A stretch of 64,000 nt of DNA. It comes from Camelus dromedarius (taxonomy: Eukaryota). This document shows, one piece after another, positions 25,445-38,220 of the stretch; position 1 is the first letter of the stretch, and each line of letters opens with the position of its first letter. The translations under genes and the position numbers were made by a program. Location of the stretch: positions 53,942,001 to 54,006,000 of the forward strand of contig NC_087437.1 of the NCBI RefSeq assembly GCF_036321535.1, read 5' to 3'. The notes below the pieces were generated by a model, which searched no databases, was not told the DNA's origin, and was given only the letters and a program-made list of their open reading frames with translations.

Positions 25445-25557
25445 GTCAGTAAGCATTCAACAAGGAACACATATTGAGGACTACTGTGTGTCATAAACAG
25501 GGCTGTGCATACAGAGATAAACAGAACCCAGATCCTGCACTTAAAAATCACTCAGTG
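25445..25557 (-). mobile_element. L2 3' end
   Basis: 'cattcaacaaggaacacatattgaggactactgtgtgtca...gagataaacagaacccagatcctgcac'. Confidence 0.65.
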
Positions 25558-26509
25558 AGCCAAAGCAGCTTTTATTTTTAGGATACAATTTTTTTTCTGG
25601 TTCAAACTTTTATGACATTCTTGGACCATCCAACTCTGTCAACTCTCATTTTAAGTTTCCATTCTAGAGTAGTTTTTAATGAGGCAAAACAAATCTCTTT
25701 AATTCAGGTTATCAATTCTGCTTACCAAATCTATCCAGTGCAGTGAGGCCTCAACCCATCACCAAGAGGAGCAGTTTTACAAAAGCTCCGGGATAGATCA
25801 TCAGCCTAACACAATACAGTAATCCCAATGAAGGAGTTAAGACACACACATAAAGAGGAAAGTTGTTCTTTCACATCTTGGTCTTCCACGCCATGTAAAA
25901 GTTCTTTAAGTTTTCCCAGGTAATAAAGACAGCCAAGAACAGAAAGTTCTGGAGGGTAGTTCACAGAGGAAACAGATCATGATCACAGATGGCAGTTTTC
26001 TCAGGTATAGTTAATTAGTTCTAGCTGAGAAGGCAAATGTGTCTCCCCCAGCAAAGGAAGAACAAAGAAGGTGTCTTAATTGGCAGAAAGTTTCAAACAG
26101 TAGTGTTTTTTTTTTTTAATCAACAGACCAAATATCCAATAGCCGCTTCCAGCCCAGTTCCTGAGGCTGGAATGCAGCCTATTAATTTCCTGAAAGCTTA
26201 ACAAAACAAAGTTTTCTCAAGAAAAGTCTCCTCTTTGAATAACAAATCTTCCTCCAGCTTTTTAACTTCTTCCCAAGGTCTCAGCCAAGATAAAAGAAAT
26301 AGAAGCGTCACCTTGGATCTTATCTCATCACTGCTGAAAAGCCTGAGAAACCTATCACTGCTTGCCAGCAGACCAAAGCTCCATCTTGTCAACAGCTCAA
26401 ATGCCCTGGGACTTTCCATTCTTCTGATCTGTCATTACTGAGACACACACACATTTGTTAGTGAGCTGCTCCTAACTTTTATAGAGTTACTCCTGAAATA
26501 CGCTTGAAA

Positions 26510-26740
26510 ACGGGAGCTGTTGGCTATGTGGAATGAGTCCTGGAACCAGGGTCAGGGGACCTGCACAGTGGACTTTAGTTTTTCCTTGAGAAAGTTGTTC
26601 GTCTTAAGACTGTATATTCACTTGAAATATAGGGATAATAGCACTCACCCTGACTCCAGGATGTCTGTAAAACTCAAATGAGATTATGCATGGAAATAAT
26701 TTTGAAAAAAAGAAAAATCACTATATAAATTTAAAGAAAT
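26510..26740 (+). mobile_element. MIR SINE (degenerate)
   Basis: 'tgaaatatagggataatagcactcaccctg...caggatgtctgtaaaactcaaatgagatta'. Confidence 0.65.
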
Positions 26741-27170
26741 AATACAGCTGATGGTCAATCTGTTTAACTTGTATTGCTTATGTAGACCACATGGACACAA
26801 ATATTTAGAGATATGGTCTTTATTAAATAGTAAAAGAAAAAAAAACTACCTTAGGGTTAAGAATGAGCAAACCTGTAGACTAAACCATATTTGAGTTTTA
26901 GCACATCATCATACATTTTTGTTGAATAAAACCTGTGTCTGTGAGTGATGGGATGCTATCCAGATATCAGGTCAAACTCCATCTCCATTTCAGCCAGTGA
27001 ACAGCATCTCAAGGGGAGTGCTTATGTCCCTGGAGGGTGTCGCTAACACAAGGCACTACTGTTGAGGAGGCTTGTACCAGAACACTGGAGCTCAGTGGAG
27101 GAAACAGACAGGGCCAAATGTGTTTAAGAAGTTTAGCTGGGTATCAGTCTACTGAAAAGGGTTGGGAAAA

Positions 27171-27812
27171 TACAATTAAAAACAAAATTTCTTCCCAGCC
27201 CAGAAAACCTTTCCACAAAGGTAGTAGAAAAGGAAAACACTTTTATTATTGTATAAGCATTAAACCATGTGATATGCATCACAGGCAATCTGCTAAGAGG
27301 TCACAAAGACAGAAAGGACTCACACCCTTTTATACAGCCAGGCATATACAAGTCATTAGACATGTGAGTAAACAATCACTAGTCCTCAAGTAAGAGGATT
27401 TTGACAGCACCTCTTGTCACATACAGTTCATCTAACTTTACCGTAGGAACTGGGGAGAACGCCTGTATTAGCTAATTGGCTTTACCTGCAAGAGAAACAA
27501 ACTTCTCACATCTTTATGACAAGGGGTAGTTTTGCAAACTGGAGCAAGGCATCCACTGAAATTAGGCTCTTACCTTCCCATGGGAACTAGGAAATAGGGG
27601 CACTATCTCCCTTAACGTTCGCATTTCATAAAGATGGTTTCCAGAAAGGCATTCCTAGGTCATAAAACTGCCAACGGTTACATGTTAAGGAGATGGAAAA
27701 GCACTTAACAGTTTTCTAAGGTAAATGCTCTAAGAGAAAAGAAGAGAGGGAAATCTTTATTTTCAACAGGGAAAATCAAACCTTAAATTTTTAATTCATA
27801 TTTGCTCTTACA
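27171..27812 (-). mobile_element. MER67-like ERV1 solo LTR (different subfamily from 15744-16377)
   Basis: Minus strand begins 'tgtaagagcaaata...ccctgttgaaaataaaga'; shares 'aatgctctaagagaaaag' and 'gcatttcataaagatgg' motifs with the other MER67-like LTR; near-TSD aaaa/aaag. Confidence 0.8.
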
Positions 27813-28552
27813 AAAGCCCATAGCTTTTAAGCAGAAAAATTACATTTGAGAGAACAGATGGAAGGTATGACCACACCTTATTCCCAGTGATGACTTCTGG
27901 GTGGTAGAAAATCTGGGTAAAAACCCTTCCCTTGATAGTTGGGTTTGGAGCCCAAGAGAAAACCTGAATTCCTACCTTTCATGCAGCAAGCCCTGAGCCC
28001 TTCTCCAATATTACAACCTCTAGTAACCAAAAGGGGGATGTTGACTTTCACGTATCAGTCCATGCCCTCTGTTCCTCTGGATATTTCTGCTCTGAATGCG
28101 ACCCTCTACCCTCTCTTGGCCATCATCTGCCTCTATGAACTGCCTCCTTACTGACCACCTCTGAACCCCTGACCCCTCTGTTCATACAGGTGCCCCTGCT
28201 GTTCTTCTCCACACCAGGGGCTGGAGACCTGCACCACTGTTGGTTACTGTTGTGATTCTACATCTGTCATGTCTAGGTGCCACTCCATTCTCCATGATGT
28301 AGCACCAGTAACACCTTGGTGACAAGCAATGCTTGAGAAAACTGCTCCCTCCACTACTACCACCTGAAGCTCTGCCATCGACTCCCTGCTTACCTTCCAT
28401 ATCCAAAACTCTCTTCTATAAACAGGGATACATGTTCTCCTTTCTGTGTCCCACTTGGATACCCAGGAATAGAATTCTTCATAATTTCACACATACTTCT
28501 CTCTTACCCAGCACATAGGACCCCTGAGGAAACTCGCAGGGACCATTTAATG

Positions 28553-28768
28553 TAGTGCTTCTAGGGTGATCAGAGTCTCTGTTTGCCTGAGACAGTCCAG
28601 TTTTAGCACTGAAATTCCCCCAACTCAGCCCAGAGCAAACCAGGATAGTTGGTTACCCTACGACATCATCTCAAACAGGGCATGCAAATCCCCTGGGGAT
28701 GTTGTTAACCTACAGATTCTGATACAGCGGGTCTGGAGTGTGGCCACATTTTGAACAACGAGGGTGTA
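28553..28768. mobile_element. MER5A-like element interrupted by MER81
   Basis: 'tagtgcttc'|MER81|'tctcaaac...aaatcccctggggatgttgttaacctacagattctgatacagcgggtctgg'. Confidence 0.65.
28562..28660 (+). mobile_element. MER81 (hAT-Blackjack MITE)
   Basis: TIRs 'tagggtgatc'...'ggttacccta'; internal 'gtttgcctgagacagtccagttttagcactgaaa'. Confidence 0.85.
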
Positions 28769-29669
28769 AAGTACAGCATCGTGAATTTTTTCAGATATCT
28801 AATTTCTTCACTTTTGGGCCTGCCTTTTTTAGGAGTGTGCACTTCCATGCTAGACTCTATTTAGCAGTGATTTGTCTGTCCTTAATGATCCCAGCATCCC
28901 TCATTGCAACCTAGCTTTTTCTAGAGGTTCCTCTAATCTACCAGATGGCCCAGTTGCAATCCCTAGTAAAGCAGACATTGTTGATTTTATACCCAACTCC
29001 CATGCCTCACATTTCCCCTCCTATAGGACCTGAGAGGTCAGTAAAAATGGATCCAAGAGGTTTTAGAAACCATGTTTTCTAGCCCTTATATCTGTAAGTT
29101 ACTTAAAAGCAGAGACTGTTTATTACTCATTCATGATGCTCACAACACAAAGCATGACTCCTTGCTAAGAGTCACCTTTCCATAAATGTTTGTTCCTTCT
29201 CTAGTCCCCCATCTCATTCTCTAGCACCTAATTGGTATTTGGAATCCTCTAGCAAACAGAAATATTATAGTAGCAAAGGTGTCTTGAAGTTGTAGGGACA
29301 CAGAATTCAGAACTGGGATTAAGAATGGCTGTGTATATCCCAAGTCTGAATATTTACTGTGAAACACTATTGTTTATCTTAAACAACATCTTTTATGTAC
29401 GTGGCATTACACCATAGACTTACTTACTGAGGTTAGCCAAAGAAAATAGCTTGCAGGATAAACATGTCAGTGGACACTCAAAAAGTAGTGTTAACCCTGG
29501 ATGGAATATCAACTTAAAAACATCCATAAAGTAGACATTTTCTGTCCAATAAATGTCAAATAAATTAACAGTGTTACAATAAGCACAATTTATTTTATAT
29601 TTTGTTTTTCCTTTATAGTGGCTTTTTGAAGAGAGAGGAACAAAAAGAAGAAGGTTTTAAGGAAAAGAC

Positions 29670-31990
29670 TGAGCAGCAAGATAGTAAAAGAGATGCCTAT
29701 ATAAACCTCTCATGTAACCCATTTAAAATATAAAAATCATATATTTTGGCAATGCATGGATGAGCTCCTTGGAAAATAAAGGAAGCCAGACATAAAAGAA
29801 AGTTTTTGATCCCTGGGGATAGTTTGCCCTTGTGTGAGATCTGATCATAGGTGCTCTAGTGTCTGGCTTCTAATTGGAGACAAAGTCTGAGCTGGGCAGG
29901 GTGGGGGTAAGATTAGACTACCACATAAAGTTGGATGTCCCTAAGAAGAAACTCCTACAACCAGTAGAGGAAGAAAATGGACAACATACTTGACTTGATT
30001 TTGACTCTGGGTGGAGCAGGAAAAAAAAAAAAGAAAAACATAAGTTTCCTCTGAGAATTCCTAAACCTAAGCAGTGTTTGAGGATTTGAAACCACTTGTG
30101 TGGCACCAAAAAATCCAAGCTAAAAATTAAGTTTAAAGTGGCCTTGGGTGGCAGTGCCTCTTGCTGGCTATAAGGAGCAAACACAAGTCTTCTATGGAGG
30201 AACACACTTCAAAGCCAAACTTCAAAGGATTTCTGCACGGAACACTCAAGGAACATGAACTCATGCAAAAACTACTACACACACAAGTTAGCCTGTACAT
30301 GAGAATCAGTAAAAACAACAAATTATGGGGATCGCTAACTGAAATCACTAGAAATGGAATATAAAATAAATATAATTAAAATGCCTAAAGTAATAAAAGA
30401 GAGTATTGAAATAAGATGAACAAAGACTGTAAAATTTGACCAGGTAGAACTGAAGGATAACCTAACTATAGAATGTTTATTTATTAAAAATATATAAGTT
30501 GACATTAGAAGATTAATGGATGGGTTAAACAGTATATTAGACACAGCAGAAGGAAGAGTTATTGGACTCTAAGATATATTTGAAGACATTATCTAGAAAA
30601 TATAGATGACATGGTAAAAAATTTAGACACATAGGTGATGGAGTACAAACCTCTAATGTACTTATCAGGATTTCAGAAGGAGAGAATGGAAGAGAGAAAA
30701 TCCTTGAGGAGCTAATGACTGAAATTTTCTGGAATTGATGAAAGACACCCACCAACACTGGGTTCAGAATGCCCAGTGAATCCCAAGCAGAATAAAGGGT
30801 AAAAAATCCACACTGAGACCCACTGTAGAGGAACTGCATGCAAAAACTGAATGCAAAATGAAATCTTAAAAGCAGTTGAGAAAAAAATCTACACAACTGA
30901 TAATTTACTTCTCAACTGCAACAATTAAAGTTAGAAGACATATCTTAGAGTGCTAAGAGAAAATAATTGTCAAAATAGTATTGTTTACTAATGAAATCAT
31001 CTATCAAGTACAACGCTGAAATAGAGACATTTTCAGACAAAAAAAAAAAAAACTTCACTTTCAACAAATTCTTAATAAAGGAAAGTATAGGTGATGTTCT
31101 TCAGAAAAAGAAAAGAATTCCAGAAGGAAGATCCAAGAAATAAAACGACTACCAAATAAAAAACAGTTTTACCCACAGTGGACTTGTGGGTAAAACTAAA
31201 CAGATACTGATTATAAAAAAATAACAACATAATTCAATTTGTGGTGTTAAAAAATAAAGACAAAATTTATATCTTGGACAGCAATGACATGTGGAGTGAA
31301 GTGAGTGAGCGCCTCAAACATTTTAATTTTATTTTGTTGTTGAAAAGGAAGATGAATATGCAAGTTTGCTTTGGACTTTGTTAAGTTAAATAAGCATGTT
31401 AAAATTTTAAGGGTAGCCCAAAAAGTAGAATGTAAAACTTTCAAACTGATGGAGGAAAATAAATTGAATGGTGTATAAGCAGGGAACAGAGTCAATCCAA
31501 AAGATGAAAGAAAAGGGGAATTAAAAAGAACATTAAAAAAAGCACAAAAATGGAAAATATGAAATAAAAGAAATGATTCCAAAAGACATATCATTTAAAT
31601 CTGTCAATGTGGATGAACTAAATTCCAGTTAGAAGACAGGGGCTTTCCAATGGGATTTAGAAACAAACTCAGTCTATATGGTATATACAAAAGATACAAC
31701 TAAAACATAAAGGCAGAGAGATGTTAAAATGAACAGATGGAAAAAGAAAGTCTAGAAAAAGTCAAACAGGACAGACTTGATGTTAAAAGTATTACTAGAG
31801 ATAAAAAGGTCTAGTAAATATTAATAAAGTTTTAATTAGCTGAGGAAATAATTCTAAACTTACAAGCACCTAAAAACATATATACAGCATCCAGCAACAG
31901 GAGAATACATATTATTTTTGAGCCCACATGGAATCTTTGCCTCATGTTAGACCGGGGAAGTTCCTATAAATATTAAGAAGAACATAGTAC
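29670..31990 (+). mobile_element. Old L1 (L1ME-like) 5'UTR, ORF1 and start of ORF2, degenerate
   Basis: ORF1 landmarks 'ggatgggttaaacagtatattagacacagcagaagg', 'tcagaaggagagaatggaagagagaaaatccttgaggagctaatgactgaaattttc'; endonuclease-region 'catccagcaacaggagaatacatattattttt'. Confidence 0.85.
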
Positions 31991-32839
31991 AAATACCCTC
32001 CCCGAAGAAAAAGACAAAAATAGATCAACAGAGGGAAGAATTCTTCCAATAACAAATTTATCTCAAATTTTCTTTTAGGCTTTGCTGACTGACAATTTTG
32101 ATAAATTCATATCTTGTCATTTTTCTGGACCCTTCTGTCTTATTTTTTCTTTAATGTACAGAATACTTGGTTGAAGCATGAACAGTGTGTAAACTGGTTT
32201 TCTAGTGTCATGTAGCACACATATGGATGTAAGTATACATGCTCACTTTGGCTGGTTAACATAATTTAATTTTAAAAGCAAGCTGAATTTTAAAAATTCA
32301 TTTTTCCATGTTAGCCTAGGCATTAAAGATCTTGTCAATAATTGAAATTCACTTTAAAAAACCTTTGATATAATTAGTTTTTAAAGATCAGTGGTGTGGA
32401 TATTGGTTACTATTACACTATATAATTTTTTAAAAATTTAGTTATCAATCTTTATGACAAAGTTCTTTTTCTCTTGGGCTTGAGATACTGCAAGATGTTT
32501 CAAATGATCCTAGGGGCATAAGTTTTACTTAATTTTAAACAGTTTAAATAGAAATAGTAATGTAAAGAATTAGTTTGGAAAAGATAGTATTCATGAAGCT
32601 GATATGATAAAGATGCATTTTCATTACCAACTCCATAAAAGCAGGCACCAAGGTTTTTTCACCATTTTATCTTCAGTGTTTTAACATAACATCCAGCACA
32701 TAGTAGATATTTAGCAATATTTGAATGGGGAAGAAAAGATAATGTAAATGTGCGCTGAGAATTAAGTGGTCAAAAGGCCCAAAATGGAAGGACTATATCC
32801 AGTATGAAGGGGAAAGCAATCATATCATTAATTATTTTA

Positions 32840-33270
32840 TTTCACTCAGCTGATCTCTAATGAATTACCTACACTAAGTTGTAGGAAATGTATTGTGTTA
32901 GATAGTGATGAATAACAGGCATGGTTCCTCTATCAGTGTGGAACTTACAATCTGTTTGGGGAAATACTTGTTGAAAATATACAAGGTGGTCACAAGTATC
33001 AAGTTCTGAACTTCTGAACAGTGTGACAAGGGAATGGGAGAACTCAATCCATCACCTACTATAGGCATCTTACAATGCAGCTTTGATTTTACCAAAAATT
33101 TAACCATTTACAACAATTCTTTAATATCCATGGTTGACTCAATACTTTAATACCCATCATCTCATTTGAAGAGGAGAGACTGTATATTATCAGTAACTTA
33201 CAAATGAGGGAAATGAAGTCCAGATCAGGTAAATCACAGGATTAGAACCCAGATTCCCTGAATCCAAATT
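32840..33270 (-). mobile_element. L2 3' fragment followed by MIR fragment
   Basis: 'gatagtgatgaataacaggcatggttcctc...ggaacttacaatct'; 'acaaatgagggaaatgaagtccaga...ggattagaacccagatt'. Confidence 0.6.
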
Positions 33271-33699
33271 ATTGGAGATAAAGGTGATGTCTCCTTTTTA
33301 AAAATGGGTTTTCATGTGTGTTTTTAGCAAACATTTGAATAAGAAGAAAAATCAGTTTCTTTTTGACACTTTCCAAAATATCAAGCTATCCAGAAATTCC
33401 AATTTTGGGTGACTGTTGGAACTTTCCACTTTTTGAGGATTAGATATTAGCTATAGAGACACAGTTAGAAAGTCATCGGTTATAAGAGCAGGAGTCCCTG
33501 AAAGCAAGGCAAGTTGTACGTGGTATTAGTCCATGGTGAACTTCTTGAAATGAGACAACTTGATTTACAGCCCTGTCCACGGTGTCCCCTACTTAACAGG
33601 GTGGCCAAATGAGCTGGGGCAGCAATAGAGCAGGTCCATCCTCCATGCCATTCTGACAGCCACTTCCCCGGGCTCATGCAGTTGTGACAACGCAGCTCA

Positions 33700-34275
33700 A
33701 ATTATCTTCCAGAAACAGTTTTGTTTGTCATGCGTTTACTCAGAAGCTTTAGATGGCTCTCTCTTACCTACTAGATACTCATCAAATCCCTCAGTCTGTC
33801 CTCCAAAGTCTGCCATATCCCTCGTTGAGGTTTAATGTGTTCTGCTCATCTCTCCTTCCCTCATTCAACACCTCCTCCCCTGCACCGTAAACATCCTGGT
33901 CTCCAGCCACACTAGTTTACTCACTGGTGTCACAGCATACTTGCTTTTGCACAGCTTTATGCCTTTGCTCAAGCTGTTTCTTCTGTCTAGAACACCATCC
34001 TCTGCCTATTAGATCTAAGCCATTCTTGACAATCTCTTGAGTTCTTCTTGGATCACTGACTTGTAATTAACTTCCTTTCCCCAGGCTCCCACCATGAGCC
34101 CTTAGTTTGCATCACCTCCCTGACCCTTGTTCCAGTCTACTGTGAGTCAGAGTGACTGTGCTACATGTCAGGAATTCAGGAATGGCTTGCATGCAGTGCC
34201 AATGTTTCATTCACGTTGATCCTAGTTCAGTTTCTGTCACATAGTAGATGTTTATTAATGTTTGTTGAATTCCCA
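33700..34275 (+). mobile_element. L2 3' region
   Basis: 'ctccagccacact...gcctttgctcaagctgtttcttctgtctagaac...acatagtagatgtttattaatgtttgttgaat'. Confidence 0.8.
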
Positions 34276-35021
34276 GAATTAATCAGGTCTACCATTTAAG
34301 GTAACCAGAAGTGCCAGAACCACCTCTATACAGTCAATTTGACCCTGACAGTTTCCTACCCTGAAAAATGAATGCAATGACACAGAGAAGTGGCAATACT
34401 GTCACAATCACAAAGTAGGTGCCAAATATAACATGTTACCTGACATCTACTTTTAAAAATGAAGGAGACTTAGAAACTCAAAGCAGGCATTGGACATTTA
34501 AACTGTCTGTTCATTACTGCCAGAATGTTACTAATGAAAGTTGTCTAGTGATCCCAGAAATTGGTCTAGCCAGGGAGGAAAAGTTTTCTCACTTCTATGC
34601 TTGTTTTCCCCCGTACTGCAAAGTTAATTTGCATCTAGCTCTTCTAAACTTTTATCTTGCTGGCTTTCAGTCTCCCAAATTCAAAAAAAAAAAAAAATCC
34701 AATTGCTCCTGACATCTAGCTGGCTTGATCTGGAGTGCATGCATAATTTAAGCTGATTGAATATTTTGCCACATTAGAGTGGAAAACATCTGAATCCCCA
34801 AAACAATACGAGAAAATGACAGGTTCAAATACCACTTGGCATCACCTTCTGCAATTTCTGCCAGGTAATTAAGGCCGTCTAGGAGGCTGAAATGGAAATT
34901 TGCCTTTAGCTACAGGATTTGCTCCTGAACACTCATGGCCCAGAAAAATGACTGTCTTTCGTGGATGCAAAGTCTTCCTTCCTTGGAAGCAAGATAAAAT
35001 AAACACATTCCTCAGATTATT

Positions 35022-35442
35022 TGCTTTTTTTCTTTTTTAAAGATTTTTTTTGGAAATGATTTCCTTTTGAACCAAAGAAAATGGGATTTGGAAGGTGCTT
35101 TCATTAGCAGAATCAACTTAGCTTTGAAATATACAAAAAAGACACTCCTAAAACCCTCAAGGTTTGTTAGAAAAAAACAACTAACGAAGCTGCCAAATGG
35201 CTCAGGGTTATAGTTGCTCTTGGTCTCCCCTCCTCCCTCCAGCCCTCTGCCTCCTCTAACTCAGTGTCACCCACAGGGCATGAAACATGCTCTCCCTTCA
35301 GTCAGGCGATGACCTGGTGCACATGGCCCGACTCCTGAGAGTGTTAAGATGGGTGCCTTCCACAGTCACAGATGCAGCAGTGTGACTACAGAACTGACAG
35401 AGCTAAGGACAAAATCTACGGGGAGGTAGGATGCAGCAAACT
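35022..35442 (+). repeat. Arm 1 (probable donor) of a long-range inverted duplication
   Basis: Aligns to the reverse complement of 44029-44460 at ~88% identity excluding gaps (hand count). Confidence 0.95.
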
Positions 35443-35754
35443 GGAAAATGAGGGCAGAGCAACAGCTGAGCCTCCAACATCACCCGGAGGGAGGAGAACG
35501 TAGGATCTGGGAGATGCCTGCGTGCGGGGTGTAGGTGGACAAGCTCTCTGTTGTAGTGCATGGGCATTTTATCAGGCCTCACCAAGCCAGAGTATTCCTT
35601 AGGGCTCTCAATTTCTTTTTGTTTTCTTCCCATGCTCATCAATAACAATTCTGATCTTCTCTTTGAGATACCTTCACACCGGGAATGGGGGTGGAGGATG
35701 TAAGTATTGTGGTCCTTGGGAAGGGATGGCTGCAGACAAAAATATGTTCGAGCT

Positions 35755-36230
35755 TGCTCTATTCAGCAAATTTGTTGAACCTTTACTGAATGCCCTGCAC
35801 TGGCTGAGTTCTGGGGATTCAGTAGGAAAATAAGAAAGGCCATGCCCTCATGCAGTTTCTATTCTAAAAGAGGAAGATGGACAGTAAACATATGAACAAG
35901 TAAACAAATAAGATCAATTGATATAATAATGAAAGTCATAGAAAGTTTTACAGAATGAGTTCAGGGAGAGTGGCTGGATTTGGGAAGGGTCACTGCAAAT
36001 GAAGTGGTCAGGATGGCTTCTGTGAGTTGGTGCTATTTGAATTGAGACCTGAATGACAAAAAGGAGGTAACCATGTGAAGATCTGGGATTTCTAAGCAAA
36101 GGGAATAGCACAAGCAAAGGCCCTGAGGCATGAGTTTACAGTCAGGAACAGGAAGGAGGCCTGTGTGTCTGGAACATAGTGAACACAGGGTGAGCAGTAA
36201 GAGGTGGGCTTGGAAAGCAGCCTCCACAGA
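35755..36230 (-). mobile_element. L2a-like 3' region
   Basis: 'attcagcaaatttgttgaacc...gtggtcaggatggcttctgtgagttggtgctatttgaattgagacctgaatga...gcaaaggccctgaggc'. Confidence 0.9.
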
Positions 36231-36379
36231 TGCTAAGAAAATACAGCTTGGGAACCTAAGAAATGGGGGCCTAACCAGACCTCAGACAAAAGTGGATTAA
36301 GACACATGTTTTCCATGAGAAGTTCTTCTACCAGCCAGTCCTAGAAGTAATCCCTCATTCATCATCTCTCCTCCCTTAA

Positions 36380-36760
36380 GAAAACCCTTCTGTTTTCTGA
36401 ACTACCATGGCAATTCTACTAACACACCCTGTTACTTCACATCCAGGCTTTTGCACATACTGTCCCTTTGTCCAGAATGCCTTTCCTCCAACCTCTGCCT
36501 GAAGGAATCTCAAGCCCATCCTTCCAAATTCAGCTAAAATATACACTCTTCTGTACATATCCCAAACACAGGTGAATGCTTCTGCAGAAGTCTGTATAAC
36601 TCCATTATGACATCTTTCCAATTGTATTGTGTTTCTCTCTCTCTAATCCTAGACCAGGAGTGCCTCACAGGGCAGAACACATTTTTACTCATCTTTTCAG
36701 CCTCAGTGCCCAACAGACCACTAGATCCATGGCAGGGGCTCAGTAAATGCTTTGTAGGAA
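36380..36760 (+). mobile_element. L2 3' region ending in a GGAA-rich tail
   Basis: 'ggcttttgcacatactgtccctttgtccagaatgcc...cagtgcccaacagacc...ggggctcagtaaatgctttg'. Confidence 0.8.
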
Positions 36761-36818
36761 GGAAGGAAAGGAAGAAGGGAAGGAGGAAGGGAGGAAAAGG
36801 GTAGCGGAGGAAAGAAGG

Positions 36819-37273
36819 TGACAAAGATTCTCTCCTTGACCAAACTCTGATCAGACTCCTCTGAATTCTCTTCCCAACCAAGCCTTGACTTTCAGGCTTC
36901 TGTGTTTATCTTCACATTGTCCGATTTTAGGAAGAATCCTGTGAAGTTGGTTTAGCTAGAATCCTTCATCCTCCATATCTGATCACTCTCATTCATGCAG
37001 GTTCCTCATCCTCCATCATCCCCTAGGTGATGTCTGATCACTCAGGCCTGCCATCCCCCTTATCTCTAATGTTTTTCTTAGTAATTTTCCATCACTGATC
37101 CCCATCCTGCTCCTTGGCTGTAAGTTCCACTTTTCTTTGTTGTATTCAGAGTTGAGCCCAAACTCTCTCTCCTATTGTAAAACTCCATTGCAGTGGTCCC
37201 TACAACTAGTGTGAGTCCCCTTTGAATAAAGTCTGCCTTGTCTTTAACAGGTGTCATGATTAATTTTTTAACA
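36819..37273 (+). mobile_element. MER31-like ERV1 solo LTR
   Basis: Start 'tgacaaagattctctccttgaccaaactct', AATAAA near 37225, CA end, flanked by GAAGG on both sides (36814-18 / 37274-78). Confidence 0.9.
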
Positions 37274-37442
37274 GAAGGCAGAAGGGAGGTGTGAAGGAAG
37301 GAGGAGGAGGGGAGGGAGGGAGGGAGGGAGGGAGGAAGGGAGGGAGGGAGAAGGAAGGAAAAAAGGAAGGAAGGAAAGAAGGAAAGGAGGGAGGGAGGAA
37401 GGAATGTAGGAAAGTAGGAGGAAGGAAAGGAAGTAAGGAAGG
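37274..37442. repeat. GA-rich (GGAA/GGGA)n low-complexity tract, continuous with 36757-36818
   Basis: Direct reading. Confidence 0.95.
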
Positions 37443-38046
37443 ATTTAAACTGCAAAATGAAGTAAGTAGTTCATCTCTGGGATATTTGTAGTAAAAATAG
37501 GAAATAAATGTACCAGAAAAAAATGTTATAATAAAAGAAGAGTCATACTCATCTGGGAAATTATTCTTTTGCCCTGAGACCACCAAGGAATATAAAATCC
37601 TTCCCACACTTCTTTTCAGAGGTATTTGCATATGAGTCACAATTCCTGCCAAATTACCTAGATCTGTATGGTAGCAATTAGGTGCATAAAGAGCTAGTAG
37701 AGAAGAACGACAGCTGTTGAGCTCTGCTGTGAAGACAGAAAACCTGTGCACAAAGGCTAAACTCTGACTAGGAAAAGAGAGACTGAGAATCTGCAAGGAA
37801 TTACTTCCGGGAAGAAATCTTTCCAGCATAAATTATTAAGGATGCAGAAATGGACAATGCAGAAATGAGATGACTAAATAACAGTGAAGCACACCAGGCT
37901 TAGAATGGAGGATACCTAATTGTGAGGTTTTACTTTGGTGAGGAGAGTGGTAGCAGAAGTGAGAAAGGGGCCATGGCGGAGGACATCTAGGCCAGGAGGG
38001 TCCAAGAGTGTCAGCCTACCCTGGACAAAGGCATTGTTTTCTATCC

Positions 38047-38220
38047 CAGTGGCTCTCAACCTTGGCAGCACATTAACAGCTTTCCAGGAGTTCTAAAATA
38101 CTATGGTACCTGGACCCCAGATCATCTAAATAAGAATTTCTGAAGATGGGGCCATAGCACCAACATTTTAAAAAGCTTGCCAAATGATTCTATCAGATAC
38201 AGATGACTAAAATTCCTTTC
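38047..38220. mobile_element. MER5A-like DNA transposon
   Basis: 'cagtggctctcaaccttggcagcacatta...ttttaaaaagcttgccaaatgattct'; similar to 8527-8698. Confidence 0.75.

Noticed and set aside
15744..27812. Two same-strand MER67-like LTRs as the ends of one provirus
   Set aside because: Different termini and subfamilies, each with its own near-TSD; the interval holds older MIR/L2/L1 and no gag/pol/env
35755..36760. Opposite-strand L2 pair as a miR-28/151-type hairpin source
   Set aside because: Arranged with tails pointing outward, separated by ~150 bp and too diverged for a visible stem
37078..37829. 125-189 aa Pro/Ser/Phe-rich and Gly/Glu/Arg-rich ORFs
   Set aside because: Arise from the stop-free GA/CT low-complexity tract and MER31 sequence
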